A stretch of 64,000 bases of DNA from the NCBI RefSeq assembly GCF_009914755.1, contig NC_060942.1; one strand, written 5' to 3'. Source of the stretch: the human T2T-CHM13v2.0 reference genome, Homo sapiens. Positions 1 to 15,910 of this stretch are shown here, piece after piece. A model generated the notes under the pieces. It saw only the letters and a program-made list of their open reading frames with translations, had not been told where the DNA came from and made no database searches. How positions within the stretch are numbered: position 1 is the first letter of the stretch; every line of letters begins with the position of its first letter. Both the position numbers and the translations under genes were made by a program.

Positions 1-250
1 CTGAGGTGGGAGGATCACTTCAGGTCAGGAGTTTGAGGTCAGCCTGGCCAACATGGTGAAACCCTGACTCTACCAAAAAAAAAAAAGTTAGCTGGACATG
101 GTGGTATGCACCTGTAGTCCCCAGCTATCAGGAGGCTGAGGCAGGAGAATTGCTTGAACCTGGGAGGCAGAGGGTACAGTGAGCCAAGATTGCACCACTG
201 CATTCCAGCCTGGGTGACAGAGCAAGACTCAGTCTCAAAAAAGAAAAAGA
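1..250 (+). mobile_element. Alu (5' end cut by window edge)
   Basis: Alu body (ggatcacttcaggtcaggagtttgag...gcaagactcagtctc) followed by an A-rich tail. Confidence 0.95.
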
Positions 251-406
251 AAGGAAAGAGAGAGAGAGAGAGAAAGGGAGAAAGGGAGACAGAGAGAGAG
301 AGAGAGAGAAAGAAGGAGGGAGAGAAAGGGAGAGAGAGAGAGAGAAAAAGAGAAAGAGAGAGAGAGAGAAAGAGAAAGAGAACAAAAGAAGGAAGGAAGG
401 AAGGAA
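241..406 (+). repeat. (GA)n/(GAAA)n/(GGAA)n purine-rich microsatellite grown from the Alu tail
   Basis: about 165 bp of nearly pure A/G. Confidence 0.95.
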
Positions 407-407
407 A

Positions 408-847
408 TAAATTACAGTTTAGGGGTTATGCAGCCTCTTGCTGCAAGAGTCTGAAGCTCCCCAAATTGCTCCTGGGGATAACATTACTATTGCAAAACCT
501 AAGATCAGTGTTTGATCTGCAGACCCTGAATTTGATGGATTAGCTGACACCACCCAGACCAGTAATCTGAATCAGTCAGTTCTGTGATCCCACCCAGGAA
601 CAGAAGACGGAAAGAAAATGTCACTTAGACCCCCCTATGATTCCATCTCCAACCTACCCAATCAGCACTCCCTACTTCCCAAGCTGCTTCCCACCAAATT
701 ATCTTTAAAAACTGCAATCCTCAAATGCTTGGGGAGACTGATTTGAGTAGTAATATAACTTTGGTCTCCTGCACAGCCAGCTCTGCATGAATTACTCTTT
801 CTCCATTGTCCAGGCAGCAGGCAAGGTGAATCCATTGTATGGTTAGA
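408..847 (+). mobile_element. ERV1 LTR, LTR8-like (3' portion)
   Basis: Aligns by eye to 10257-10728 (ccaaattgctcctggggataacat..., ctgcatgaattactct...); resembles recalled LTR8 consensus. Confidence 0.7.
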
Positions 848-1409
848 AGAACATGTGCCTAAGGTGGCTGGGTTTTAGTTTGGCTTTATACATTTTAGGA
901 AGACATAAGACATCAGTCAGTACATGTGAAGTATATATTGATTTTGTGCAGAAAGGTGGGACAACTTGAAGCAGGGGGCTTTCAGGTCATAGGTGGATTC
1001 AAGGATTTTCTCATTAGCAATTGCTTAAGAGAATTAAGTTATTATCTAAAGACTTAGAATCAATGGAAAGGGGTGTCTGGGTTAAGATAAGGAGTTGCAG
1101 AGATCAAGGTTCTTATTATGTAGATAAAGTTTCATGGGTGTCTCATAGATGTCTCTAAGGGAGTGCCTTAGAGATAATAGATGGCACGTTTTTCCTATTC
1201 AGACCTTTAAAAGGTGCTAGATGCTCAGTTAATCTCTTCAGGACTGGGAGAGCCTAGAATAGGAAAGATCTAGTTGTGTTAATATAGATTCTTTACAGAT
1301 GCAAGTTTCCCCCTACAAAAGATAGCTTTTCAGGGCCATTTCAAAATATGACAGATAAACATATTTTGGGATAAAATATTTTTATTTCCTTTTTTATCTC
1401 TCATGTAAT
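848..1409 (-). mobile_element. MER4-family LTR fragment, interrupted by the HERV-I provirus and resuming at 9976-10054
   Basis: acatgtgcctaaggtgg...tatacattttagg...agacatc matches reverse MER4; reads through as tcatg-taat-gttatgcc when the provirus is removed. Confidence 0.7.
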
Positions 1410-1837
1410 TGTTGTTAAGAACAAATAGTTCCTCTTCAAAGGGTTTCAGTTCCTGGTTAATTGTTCTATTCTAAAAGGTATTCATACCCATTCATCTATC
1501 AGCCCTCTCTAACTCTGTTGTGCCCAAACACCCCAAGATGTACCGTACCCGTCCTTCCCGTCAAACACCCATCCTTGCCTCCTTTGATGATGTCAACAGT
1601 AGCCAATCGGAATTAGTCTAGATTGTGTGGTCTGATCCCAGCCCACAGGAAGAGGACACAGGAGCAGGGTCTGTGTTAGGGATAAAAAAACTCCTGCTCT
1701 CCTTCGTTTTGCATGCTTTCCCTTGCCTCTGTCTTGCATGAAGACAGCACCCTTCTATAAAAGTAAATTCCCTTACTGAGAAAACTTTTGCCTGAGTGCT
1801 TGTTTTACCTTGTGGCACTAAAAATTTGCTTCTAACA
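1410..1837 (+). repeat. 5' LTR (LTR10 family)
   Basis: tgttgttaagaacaaatagttcc...tctaaca; TATAAAA at about 1756; direct repeat of 9550-9975. Confidence 0.9.
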
Positions 1838-1840
1838 ATT

Positions 1841-1858
1841 TGGGGGCTCATCCGGGAT
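1841..1858 (+). promoter_or_regulatory. Primer binding site, tRNA-Pro
   Basis: TGGGGGCTCATCCGGGAT, 17/18 to canonical TGGGGGCTCGTCCGGGAT, 3 nt after the LTR. Confidence 0.9.
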
Positions 1859-2429
1859 TCCCACTCTCCTCCAGGGAAGGGGTCTCTGATCATCTCCCAG
1901 GGGGAGACCTGTCACACTGCCTCATTGCAGTGGCCTCAGGGGCTAGAGATTGAGACCCCACCTGCTGTGATGAATAAACCCGGACTCTCAGCAACATGGG
2001 TAGAAAAGACTTGCCTACAAACACCGCAGCAAGCAGGTAACTTTGTACACAGACCAAGGTAAGAAAAGCTGTTGGGGGGGGGTGGCAATGAAGTACTTCC
2101 TTGGTGGTCGGATATCTTGGAGGTTGAAAGTGTGTGTGAATGATAAGCACTACTGCTGTGCAGAGTAAGTGGGTCCTATCTGCGATTCCGTGGTCACCTC
2201 ATATGGCTTAGGGTGGATCCTGCCATGGGGCTTATACCAGCATGCCAATGCTAAGAGGGACCTAATTTCCCACAAGAGAAGTGGCCAGATAGGATGAAGC
2301 TAACGGAAAGGAGTGCAAGAAATCTCCAATAAGGGGGGTTGAGTCTCTAGAGAAAAGGGAAGACAAGAAATCTCCAGTAAGAGAGGTTGGGCCACATACA
2401 CACTCAAGGGACATTCCAAAACCTCCAAG

Positions 2430-4128
2430 ATGGGAAACGCTTCTAGTACAACAGGGAAAGGTAAAGACAGGGATACTCAGATCCCCTCCAATAGCCCTTT
2501 AGGTCTCAGGCTAAAATATTGAAAAGAGAATGAGAGGACTAGACACAAGAAGAAGCAACAGATGATAAAATATTTTTGTTTCACTTGGGCCAAGGAAGCC
2601 ATCCTCAAACCTGCCGTCTTCTGGCCAAAATACGGATCAAATGAGGATTGGATCTGTCAACTTTTAATTCAGTATGTAAATGACAAAAGTCCAGTCTCGC
2701 AGGAAGAAATATACTATGCTGTCTGCTGGAGAAAAGGACATGTTCTCCTCTTTCCCCTAAAGAATGCAAGGGAAGGGTCAGATTTCACACTCCCCAAATT
2801 TCACAACCCCTAGGCAGAGAGATCCCAATGCCTGGGACCCTCTAAACTGCTTTCCCCTGTTTAATTCCATACCACTTGACCTGCCCCCTCCCCAGACAAC
2901 TGCTGCCACCCTGGACCCAGTCCCAGATCCTTCTCCTATGCCTATTATTCCTCCCCCTTATAACCCTGACTCTTGGGAATTACTGCCACCCCATGAGTCT
3001 GGCTCCTTGTCAGCCTAAGTATCCTTCCCTGAAGGAACTACAACATGAAATAGAGCAATGTAAAAAAGATATTCAAAATCTTCCTTTCCCCTCTACCTCT
3101 AAGGAATCAACTCCAACACACTTCCTTCCCTTACCCTAAGGAGGAGGAGCTATTGACTTTGTAAATGCTCCTTTGACTAGTTCAGAGGTTTGAGGTTTAA
3201 AGAAAGAACTGAAGCCACTGCTACATGATCCATATGGTGTAACAGAGCAAACTGATCAATTCCTAGGTCCCCAGTTATATACCTGGGCTGAATTGATGTC
3301 CATCCTGGGTATCCTTTTCTTAAGGGAAGAAAGGGGGATGATTCACAGGGCTGCTGTGACAATTTGGGAATGTGAACACCCTCCTGGCCAAAACATTCCT
3401 GCAGCAGACCAAAAATTCCCGGCCCAAGATCCTCAATGGGATAACAACAACACAGTCCACTGGGAAAACATTAAAGATCTTAGGAAAATGATAATCAAAG
3501 GAATCTGGGAGTCAGTGCCCCATGCTCAGAATCTTTTCCAGCTTTTGACATACAATAGGAAAAAGATGAAGACCCCATGAAATTTCTAGAAAGACTAAGG
3601 GAACAAATAAGGAAATATACAGATTTACATCCAGAAGACCCTTTCAGGCAAGAAATGTTAAAGCTACATTTTGTCACAAATAGCTGGTCAGACATAACAA
3701 AGAAGTTGCAGAAACCAAAAAATTGAAAAAACCAGTCCATAGAGGAACTCCTAGGAGAAGCCCAAAAAGTATATGTGAGGAAAGATGAAGAAAAGCAAAA
3801 ACAAAAAATGAAACTTATGCTATCCACATTCCAACAGGTGGCTTCAAGCCCACACACTTCTAAACAGAGACTCCAGGGGGCCAGGAATTATAAAGGGTCT
3901 AAACCCCTGTTTGGAGGACCCAAGCCTCCAACTAGGGGACCCAGACCCTCAGCTACCAGGCCCTCTACAGAGTATGGGGGAACAAGGTCAAATAATCCCA
4001 GAACTGAGAGAGAGGGAGGACAGGATAGGTGTTTCAAGTGTGGAAGAACAGGCCACTTCAAAAGAGAATGCCCCAGGTAGGGAAAGAAAAAAGAAATTGT
4101 CCTGCTCATGGCATTCAAGGAGGAATAG
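2430..4128 (+). pseudogene. gag: HERV-I gag (stops and frameshifts)
   Basis: MGNASST myristoylation-type start; PPPY late domain (about 2950); CFKCGRTGHFKREC zinc knuckle; ends at TAG followed by GGGAGATCAG. Confidence 0.9.
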
Positions 4129-7100
4129 GGAGATCAGGGGCTCTGTCTTTTCTATCTCCAGTCCCACCAAAAACCCTTGATAAATTTAGAGGTGGGACCC
4201 AAACATGAGCTTATCACCTTTTTAATAGATCCAGGGGCTGCTTGCTCCTCTGTTTACTATTGGCCGTCTAATATAAACTACTCATTAGAGGAACTTTTTG
4301 TCTCGGGGTGAAAGGGGAAGGATTTAAAGCCAAAGTTTTAGAAGAAACGAAAGTTAAATACAAAAATCGATCAACTAGTATTAAACTCCTACTAATCTCT
4401 GAAGCAAGAACAAACCTGTTAGGAAGGGACCTGATGTTAAAACTGGACATAGGCCTGCATGCCTGCCCTGAAGAATTTTTCACTTCATTTAACCTTCTCA
4501 CCACCACAGAAAAAAGTTATATTCATCCCAATGAGTCATCAAAAGAAGGGAACCGAGGGAAAATATGAATCCCCCCATTCATATAAAGTTGAAAACCCCT
4601 GGAAAAATAGTAAGGAGAAGGCAATACCTAATTCCTCTAGAAGGCAGGATAGGCTTGAAAACTGTGATTCAAGGTGTTATTCAGGATAAGTTACTTGAAC
4701 CCTGTATGTCTCCATATAATACCCCTATAATACCTTTAAAGAAATCAGATGGGTCATATTGACTAATACAAGAGCTCCAGGACATTAACCAAATAGTCCA
4801 AACCACTCACCATGTTGTCCCCATTCTATATATTATCCTCAGCAAGATTCCATATGACCATCAGTGGTTTACAGTAATAGACTTAAATGATGCCTTTTGG
4901 GCATGTCCCTTAGCTGAAGACAGCTGAGACATATTTGCTTTTGAATAGGAAGATCCTCATTCAGAGCAGAAGCAACAATACCACTAGACGGTCCTGCCCC
5001 AAGGATTTACAGACTCTTCCAACCTGTTTGGCCAAATTCTTGAACAAGTTTTGGGGAAGATATCTGTCCCAGAATCTATATGCATGCTCCAATATGTAGA
5101 TGACATGCTTGTGTCTGGGAAAGTCATAGAACAAGTATCTGATTTCTCCATCAGTCTTCTCAATCACCTGCAAGGGGACAGATTATGCGTATCAAAGGGA
5201 AAGCTCCAATTTTTAGAACCTGAAGGCAAGTATTTAGGGCACGTGATAAGTGCAGGCAAGTGAAGAATAGGACCTGAAAGAGTCAAAGAAATTGTGTTCT
5301 TACCCCCGCCTAGTACAAAACAAGAGCTTAGAAAATTTTAGGGCTAGTTGGATATTGCTGCTTGTGGATTGATTCATGTGCTCTAAAAGTCAAGTCAAGT
5401 CTCTGTACTCCCCAAGCTTACCCAAGAAAAACCTTACCCCTCCTTTGGGCCCCAGAGGAAGTCAATGATTTTAAGGAATTGAAACACTTACTCATAACTG
5501 CCCCTGTTTTAGCTCTGCCTTCCCTCAAACAACCATTTCACCTCTTTGTCAATGTAAATAAGGGATAAGTTTTAGAGGTGCTTACCCAAGAACATGGGGG
5601 CCACTGGCAGCCTGTGGCCTTTTTATAAAAAATTCTAGACCCAGTAACCTGCAGATGGCCCAAATACATTCAATCTATAGCGGCCACTGCTTTGTTGATT
5701 GAGGAAAGTAAAAAGCTACCCTTGAGGGAAAATTAATTGTTGACACACCTCACCAAGTTAGAATAATATTAAACCAAAAGGCAGGTAGATGGCTTACAAG
5801 CTCAAGAATTCTAAAATATGAAGCCATTTTATTAGAACAAGATGACTTCACTTTCCCCAGTGACAGTGCCCTTAACCCAGCTGCTTTCCTAACTGGGAAT
5901 CCAAACCCCAAAGATCCTGAACATGACTGCTTAGATCTCATTGACTACCATACTAAGGTTAGACCTGATTTAAGAAAACCCGCTTTTAAAACAGGACGTC
6001 ATCTTTTTACAGATGGCTCCTCCCAGGTGGTTGAAGGAAAAAGACACAGAGGATACTCTGTCATAGATGGAAAAGTTGTTGCTGAAATAGAATCTGGAAG
6101 ATTGCCAAAGAATTGGTCTGCTCAAACTTGTGAATTGCTCATGTTAAAATCAGGCTTTAAAATATTTACAAAAGCAAGAAGGTACCACCTATACTGACTC
6201 TAAGTATGCCTTTGGGGTAGTGCACACCTTCAGAAAAATTTAGACTGAGTGGAGCCTAATAGCAAAGATCAGGACCTTGTCCACAAAGAATTAATCACTC
6301 AAGTTTTAAAAAGCTTACAATTACCAAAAGAAATAGCTGTTGTACATGTCCCAGGGCACCAGAAAAGTTCTAACTTTGAAAGCTGAGGGAATAACCTTGC
6401 TGATCAAATTAGAAAACAAGCTACCGTCTCTCAAAAAGCACCTATCTTCCACCTGACTCCCTGTATCTCACCCCCAGTTACAATCCCTATCTTCTCTCCC
6501 ATGAAAAGGAAAAGTTAGAGAAACTAGGAGCTAAAGAAAACTCAGAAGGGGAAGTAGGTGTTACCAGATCAAAGGAAAATGCTTTCCAAACCATTTATGA
6601 GAAAAATCATGTCCCAACCACATCAAGGGACTCACGGGGGACCTCAAGCTAGGTGTGATGCAGTTCTCAGAGTCTATGGAAGTATAGGAATCTATACCTT
6701 AGCAAAACAAGTTGTGGACAATGGCCTAACATGCAAAAAAATAACAACAACAACAACAAAACTAATAAACAGGCCCTAAGGAAACAACCTTTTGGGTCAG
6801 AAGCCCAGGACTAAGGCCATTTCAAAGTATTCAAGCTGACTATACTGAAATGCCCCCACTAGGTCGCTTTAAATACCTAATAGTAATAGTAGACCACTTC
6901 ACTCATTGGATTGAAGCCATTCCCTTCCCCAGTGCAACAGCTAACAATGTGGTTGAAATATTACTAGAAAACATAATACCTTGGTTCGGGCTAGTAGAAA
7001 ACATTGACTCTGGCAATAGAACTCATTTTACTGCAAATATCATTAAAGGACTTACTTAAGCTTTAGAAATTAAATGGAAGTATCATACCCCCGACATCCA

Positions 7101-7650
7101 TCCTCGTCAGAAAATATAAAAAAGCTGAATCAGCCTTTCAAGAATCATCTAACTAAGTTAATTTTAGAAACTCAATTACCCTGGACTAAGTGTCTCCCCA
7201 TCACTCTACTCAGGATCCAAACTGCCCCTCGAAAAGATGTTGGTCTATCCCCTTATGAAATGCTCTATGGGTTACAATGCTTAAGTTCCACTAGTGATAT
7301 TCCCACTTTTGAGACCAAAGATCAATTCCTTAGGAATTATATGCTTGGTCTATCTTCTACCTTATCTTCCCTTAGGACTAAAAGTCTCTTAGCGCAAACC
7401 TCACCTCTTGAGTTTCCAGTCCATCAGCACCAGCCCAGAGACTACATCCTCATTAAGAGCTAGAAAGAAGAAAAACTTAAACTGTCCTGGGAGGTATCAT
7501 ATATAGTGCTCCTCAACTAAAACTGCAGTCCAAACCGCCGAGAAAGAATGGACCCATCACACCCAAGTCAAAAAAGTGCTGCCCCCTTCAGGGTCAAGGG
7601 CCATAGTTCGAGGGGAAAATCCTACCAAACTAAAGCTAAGGAAAGTTTAA
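4129..7650 (+). pseudogene. pol: HERV-I pro-pol (protease, RT, RNase H, integrase), disrupted
   Basis: FLIDPGA (degenerate protease motif), SPYNTPI, LPQG, YVDD (about 5093), FTDGS (about 6006), integrase YLIVIVDHFTHWIEAIP and GLSPYEMLYG. Confidence 0.92.
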
Positions 7651-9491
7651 CTCTATTTCATCTATTCTATTACTCCTTCTTTCCTTGTTCTGTTGCTAGC
7701 CATCTCGTTATTAATGTAACTAGATCAGACTCACCCCAGACCACAACCTTTGATGCTTGTTTAGTTATATCTTGTGGGGATCTCCAAAGCCAGAGACAGC
7801 TTGCAGCAGCAAAAAAATCTCTCTGCTCCTCCATAGCAGATGCTTCTAAAATTGTTTAGGTACTTATTTTGTCATACTTGAGAATATGTCATTTGAACCA
7901 CTCAATGTCAAGACTGGGTCCCCTCAGATGATTTCCCACTATCAGTTCTAAAGCCCTATATCCATTTTACTAAAGAAAGTGCCACTCCTAATTGTCAACA
8001 TAACCAATGTAACCCAGTACAAATTTCCATCACCATCCCAACTCTTCAAGATTCCTCCCCAACCCTAGACCATTTTTATGGTACGAGAACAGATGTAACA
8101 AAAAAAAGACCCCATAGGATTTTTCGAGTTACACATCATTACATCCTCATCCCTCACATCTCCACCTCTATCCTCTTCTAAACCTGCTGACCAGACCACT
8201 CTCTCTTCACCTAATGACAAAACCAAAGTAGCTATTGTAGAGGTTAAAAATTTAAAACAAACACTGGCAATTGAAACAAGATACCAAGATACAAATGCCT
8301 GGATGGAATGGATTGAATATTCTGTTCACACTCTAAACAAAAACAACTGTTATGCTTGTGCACACTGAAGCCAGAGGCCCAAGTTTTCCCCTTTCCACTT
8401 AGACGGTCTTCTGACCAACTGGACATGAGCTGTATGGTGGCTCTTTTCCAAGACCCCACAGCCTGGGGTAATGAATTCTGTCAAATTCTCTCTCTGCTAT
8501 TCCCTGAAGTTCAACACCCTGTGGGTCAGCCCCAAAGGGCCATCCAGCCTCCATCTCCAGATGCCAATTTTACTTCATGTCTCTCATGACAGGGAGAAAA
8601 TTTGGCGTTTCTTAGAGATCTAAAGGTATACAGTAAGCTTAAATCTTTCCAAGAGCTTACCAATCAGTCTATCCTTGTTCATCCCTGAGCTGATGTATGA
8701 TAGTATTGTGGTGAACCCCTACTGGACACTCTGCCAAGTAACTGGAGTGGCACTTGCACTCTAACTCAATTGACCATCCTGGCATTTCATCAACCAGAAA
8801 AAGGGAAAACACAGCATCATAAAATGAGAGAGACCCCTCATGGATCTTTCGACTGTCATGTCTATATAGATGCAATTGGAGTCCCACAGAGGGTACCTGA
8901 TAGATTCAAAGCCTGAGACCAAATAGCTGCACAACTTGAATCATTATTTCCATGAGTAACTATTAATAAAAATGTAGATTGGATAAATTACATCTATTAT
9001 AACCAACAATGATTGATTAATTACATTAGGGATACTGTCAAAGGAATAGCTGAACAATTAGGGCCTACTAGCCAGATGGCTTGAAAAAACAGAATGGCCC
9101 AGATATGACATTAACAGGAAAAGGTGAAGTTTGTGTTATGATAGAAACCCAATGCTGCACCTTCATTCCCAATAATACAGCCCCTGATGGAACAATTACA
9201 AAAGCTTTACAAGGTCTTACCTCCCTATCCAATCAATTAGCCACAAATTCTGGGATAAATGACCCTTTCACAAGATGGTTAGGGAAATGGTTTGGTAAAT
9301 GGAAAAGACTCATGACCTCTATTGTTACTTCTCTTACAATTGCAATAGCTGTGTTTATTCCTGTTGGATGCTACATCATACCCTACATTTGTAGACTAGT
9401 CCAAAGACTTATAAAAACAACTGTTACCAGAACATTTCCTAGTTCTTCCCAATCCTATACAAATAAATTATTTCTCCTGGAAGAACAATAA
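7548..9491 (+). pseudogene. env: HERV-I env, disrupted
   Basis: Hydrophobic leader LFHLFYYSFFPCSVA; CYAC (CxxC) at about 8347; IDAIGVP; CVMIETQCC (CX6CC); TM helix LMTSIVTSLTIAIAVFIPVGC. Confidence 0.88.
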
Positions 9492-9549
9492 AGCCAAGTC
9501 AGGTTAGATAAGCTTGAAAAAAAAATGTATAAATTCAACAGGGGGAAAT

Positions 9550-9975
9550 TGTTGTTAAGAACAAATAGTTCCTCTTCAAAAGGGTTTTGGTTCCTGATTC
9601 TTTGTTCTATTCTAAAAGGTAATTGTACCCATTCATCTATCAGCCCTCCCTAACTCTGTTGTGCCCAAACATCCCAAGATGTACCATACCTGTCCTTCCC
9701 ATCAAAGGCCCACCCTTGCCTCCTTTGATGTCAACAGTAGTCAATTGGAATTAGCCTAGATTGTGAGGTCCAACCCCAGCCCTCAGGGGGAGGACACAGG
9801 AACAGGATCTGTGTTAGGGATAAAAAAAAACTCCTGCTCTCCTTTGTTTTGCATACTCTCCCTTGCCTCTGCCTTGCATGCAAAAACACCCTTCTATAAA
9901 AGTAAATTGCCTTACTGAGAAAATTTTGCCTGAGTGCTGGTTTCACCTTGCAGCACTGAAAATTTGTTTCTAACA
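9550..9975 (+). repeat. 3' LTR (LTR10 family)
   Basis: Direct repeat of 1410-1837, preceded by PPT cagggggaaat. Confidence 0.9.
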
Positions 9976-10057
9976 TAATGTTATGCCAGCATCAGGTTGG
10001 AAAGTAAGCCACATTATATAGGATTAAATAAAACCCATCTGATGAGATTTTATGGGG

Positions 10058-10728
10058 ACCAACTCCACCTTGCTTCTAACCTTTAAGCTGTCCTTGTTCA
10101 TTCCTGGGTGTAGGCTGAACTAACTTTGGGAAGGAATTCAGTTCACGGTTTGACTCTGAAACAAAATTGATAATAGTCCTTTTCCGAAATGATCCCCTTC
10201 TTGCCTGGGGACCAGTCGGCCTTTGTAGGACTAACAAATTAGCTACAAGATTAGAAATTACAGTTTAGAAGTCATGCAGCCTCAGGCTGCAAGAGTCCAA
10301 ACCTCTCCAAATTGCTCCTGGGGATAACATCACTATTGTAAAACCTAAGATCAATGTTTGAGATATTTTGCAGACCCTGCACTCCGTGGATCATCTGACA
10401 CCACCCAGATTGGTAATCTGGCTCAACCAGTTCTGCCATCCCACCCAAGAGAAGAGGACAGCAAGAAAAACTCATTTTGACTCCCCTATGATTCCATCTC
10501 CAACCTGACCAGTCAGCCCTCCCTGCTCCCCAAGCCCCTACCCACCAAATTATCTTTAAAAACTCTGATCCCCCCAGTGCTCGGGAAGACTGATTTGAGT
10601 AATAATAAGACTACTGTCTCCACACAGCTGGCTCTGCATGAATTACTCTTCCTCCATTGCAATTCCTCTGTCTTGATAAATCAGCTCTGTCTAGGCAGTG
10701 GGCAAGGTGAACCCATTGAATACTTACA
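10058..10728 (+). mobile_element. ERV1 LTR, LTR8-like (5' end missing)
   Basis: actccaccttgcttctaacct...gctgtccttgttcattcctgggtgtaggctgaactaactttggg matches recalled LTR8; ends ...ttaca. Confidence 0.75.
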
Positions 10729-11033
10729 AAAGTAACCCCTCCCTCGCTTTGTTTCTTGCTACATTTATAGCTACCTATTTGCTTGAAAATTCCAAATGCT
10801 AATGTTTAAACAATCCAGGCAAGAAGCTGAGATGGCAGTTGCAATTTTCCCCTTTTTGAGAAGAAACCAGTGCTTGGTTAACCCATAACCCAATCCCTGC
10901 CAAGATGAGTCAAACCAGGCCTCTGGATGGTCCATTACTCAAACTAGCCATCAGAAAATGACAAGCAGTGCTGCATCCCAGACCACTTCTGTGCATGGTT
11001 TCCATGCAACCTTTCCCCTTAAGACCCCTTTAG
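10729..11033 (+). mobile_element. MER39-like LTR, upstream part (3' end at 19967-20122)
   Basis: accaggcctctggatggtccattactcaa...agccatcagaa; joins the 19967-20122 piece (aataaacctgctttcc...gagctcagttaca) once nested inserts are removed. Confidence 0.6.
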
Positions 11034-13966
<2,933 letters not shown>

Positions 13967-13969
13967 TTT

Positions 13970-13987
13970 TGGTGCCATGACTCACAT
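13970..13987 (+). promoter_or_regulatory. Primer binding site, tRNA-His (decayed)
   Basis: TGGTGCCATGACTCACAT vs canonical TGGTGCCGTGACTCGGAT. Confidence 0.85.
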
Positions 13988-14807
13988 CAGGGGACCTCCC
14001 TTGGGAGATCAATCCCCTGTCCTCCTGCTCTTTGCTCCATGAGAAAGATTCACCTATGACCTCGGGTCCTCAGACCAACCAGCCCAAGGAACATCTCACC
14101 AATTTTAAATGAGGTAAGTGGCCTCTTTTTACTCTCTTCTCCAACCTCTCTATCCCTCAACCTCTTTCTCCTTTCAATCTTGGCACCACACTTCAATCTC
14201 TCCCTTCTCTTAATTTCAGTTCCTTTCCTTTTCTGGTAGAGACAAAGCAGATGCATTTTATCCGTGGACTCAAAACTCTGGCACCGGTCACAGACTCAGG
14301 AAGACAGTCTTCCCTTGGTGTTTAATCACGCGGGGATGCCTGCCTGATTATTCACCCATGTTTCAGAGGCGTCTGACCACGTGGGGATGCCTGCCTTGGT
14401 CCTTCACCCTTAGCAGCAAATACCATTTTTCTGGGGGGCAAGAACCCCCCGACCCCTTCTCTCCATGACTCTACCCCTTCTCTGCTTTCCTGGGGGGCAA
14501 GCACCCCCTACCCCTTCTCTCCTGTCTTTACCCTACCCCTGTCTCTACCCTCTTTTTTCTCTGGACTTGCCTCCTTCACTATAGGCAACCTTCCACCCTC
14601 CATTCCTCCTTCTCCCTTAGCCTATGTTCTCTTAAGTTCTGAAGACTTAATACCTCTTCAACTCACACCTGACCTAAAACCTAAACACCTTATTTTCTTC
14701 TGCAATGCTGCTTGACCCCAATACAAACTCGAGAGTGGTTCCAAATAGCCAGAAAATGGCACTTTTGATTCTTCCATCCTACAAGATCTAGATAATTCTT
14801 ATCGTAA

Positions 14808-15870
14808 AATGGGCAAACAGTCTGAGATGCCTGACGTCCAGGCATTCTTTTACACATTGTTCCCTCCCTAGTCTCTGTTCCCAATGCGACTCATCCCAAA
14901 TCCTCCTTCTTTCCCTCCCGCCTGTCCTCTCAGTCCCAACACCAAGCATCACTGAGTCTTTCTAATCTTCCTTTTCTACAGACCCATCTGACCTCTCCCC
15001 TCCTCCCCAGGCTGCTGCTCACCAGGAGGAGCCAGGTCCCAATTTTTCCTCACCCTATAATACTTTTATCACCTCCCCTCCTCACACCCAGTCCAGCTTA
15101 CAGTTTGGTTCCGCAACTAGCCCTCCCCTACCTGCCCAGCAATTTCCTCTTAAAAAGGTGGCTGGAGCTAAAGTCACAGTCAAGGTTAATGCTCCTTTTT
15201 TTTTTTTTTTATCTGACCTCTTTCAAAATCAGTAAGTGTTTAGGCTCTTTTTCATCAAATATGAAAAACCCAGCCCAGTTCATGGCTCATTCGGCAGCAA
15301 CCCTGAGACACTTTACAGCCCTAGACCCTAAAAGGTCAAAAGGCCATCTTATTCTCAATATACATTTTATTACCCAATCTGCTCCTGACATTAAATAATG
15401 CCCCAAAAATTAAATTCCAGCCCTCAAACCCCACAACAGGACTTAAACTTGCCTTCAAGGTATACAATAATAGATCAGAGGCAGCCAAGTAGCAATGTAT
15501 TCCTGAGTTGCAATTCCTTGCCTCCACTGTGAGACAAACCCCAGCCACATCTCCAGCACACAAGAACTCCAAACGCCTGAACCATAGCTGCCAGGGGTTC
15601 CTCCAGAACCGCCTCCCCCAGGAGCTCGCTACAAGTGCTGGAAATCTGGCCGCTGGGCCAAGGAATGCCCACAGCCCAGGATTCCTCCTAAGCCATGTCC
15701 CATCTGTGTGGGACCCCACTGAAAATTGGACTGTTCAACTCACCTGGCAGCCACTTCCAGAGCCCCAAGGCTCTCTGACTGACTCCTTCCCAAGGCTCTC
15801 TGGAACTCTGGCCCAAGGCTCTCTGACTGACTCCTTCCCAGATCTTCTCGGCTTAGCAGCTGAAGACTGA
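14808..15870 (+). pseudogene. gag: HERV-H gag remnant
   Basis: Zinc-knuckle remnants (YKCWKSGRWAKEC; CPICVGPH*KLDC); ends DLLGLAAED*. Confidence 0.8.
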
Positions 15871-15910
15871 CGCTGCTCAATCACTTCGGAAGCCTACAGG
15901 ACCATCACAG

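Larger units (their letters stand above)
1410..9975 (+). mobile_element. Full-length defective class I provirus, HERV-I/HERVIP10 group (LTR10-like LTRs)
   Basis: Paired LTRs 1410-1837 and 9550-9975 (TG...CA, about 10% diverged by eye); 4-bp TSD TAAT (1406-1409, 9976-9979); tRNA-Pro PBS; PPT before 3' LTR; gag, pro, pol and env remnants in order. Confidence 0.9.

Noticed and set aside
128-543. Low-complexity and Alu-derived ORFs (also 13051-13542, 50136-55533, 63167-63895)
   Set aside because: Translations of Alu and microsatellite sequence
1410-1837. p53 site expected in some LTR10 subfamilies
   Set aside because: No paired RRRCWWGYYY half-sites found by eye in either LTR
1841-1858. tRNA-like sequences (also 13970 and 25005)
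   Set aside because: 18-nt primer binding sites, not tRNA genes
408-10728. Two LTR8-like copies as the termini of one provirus
   Set aside because: No PBS, PPT or matching internal sequence; the intervening DNA is a reverse MER4 LTR; independent insertions are more likely
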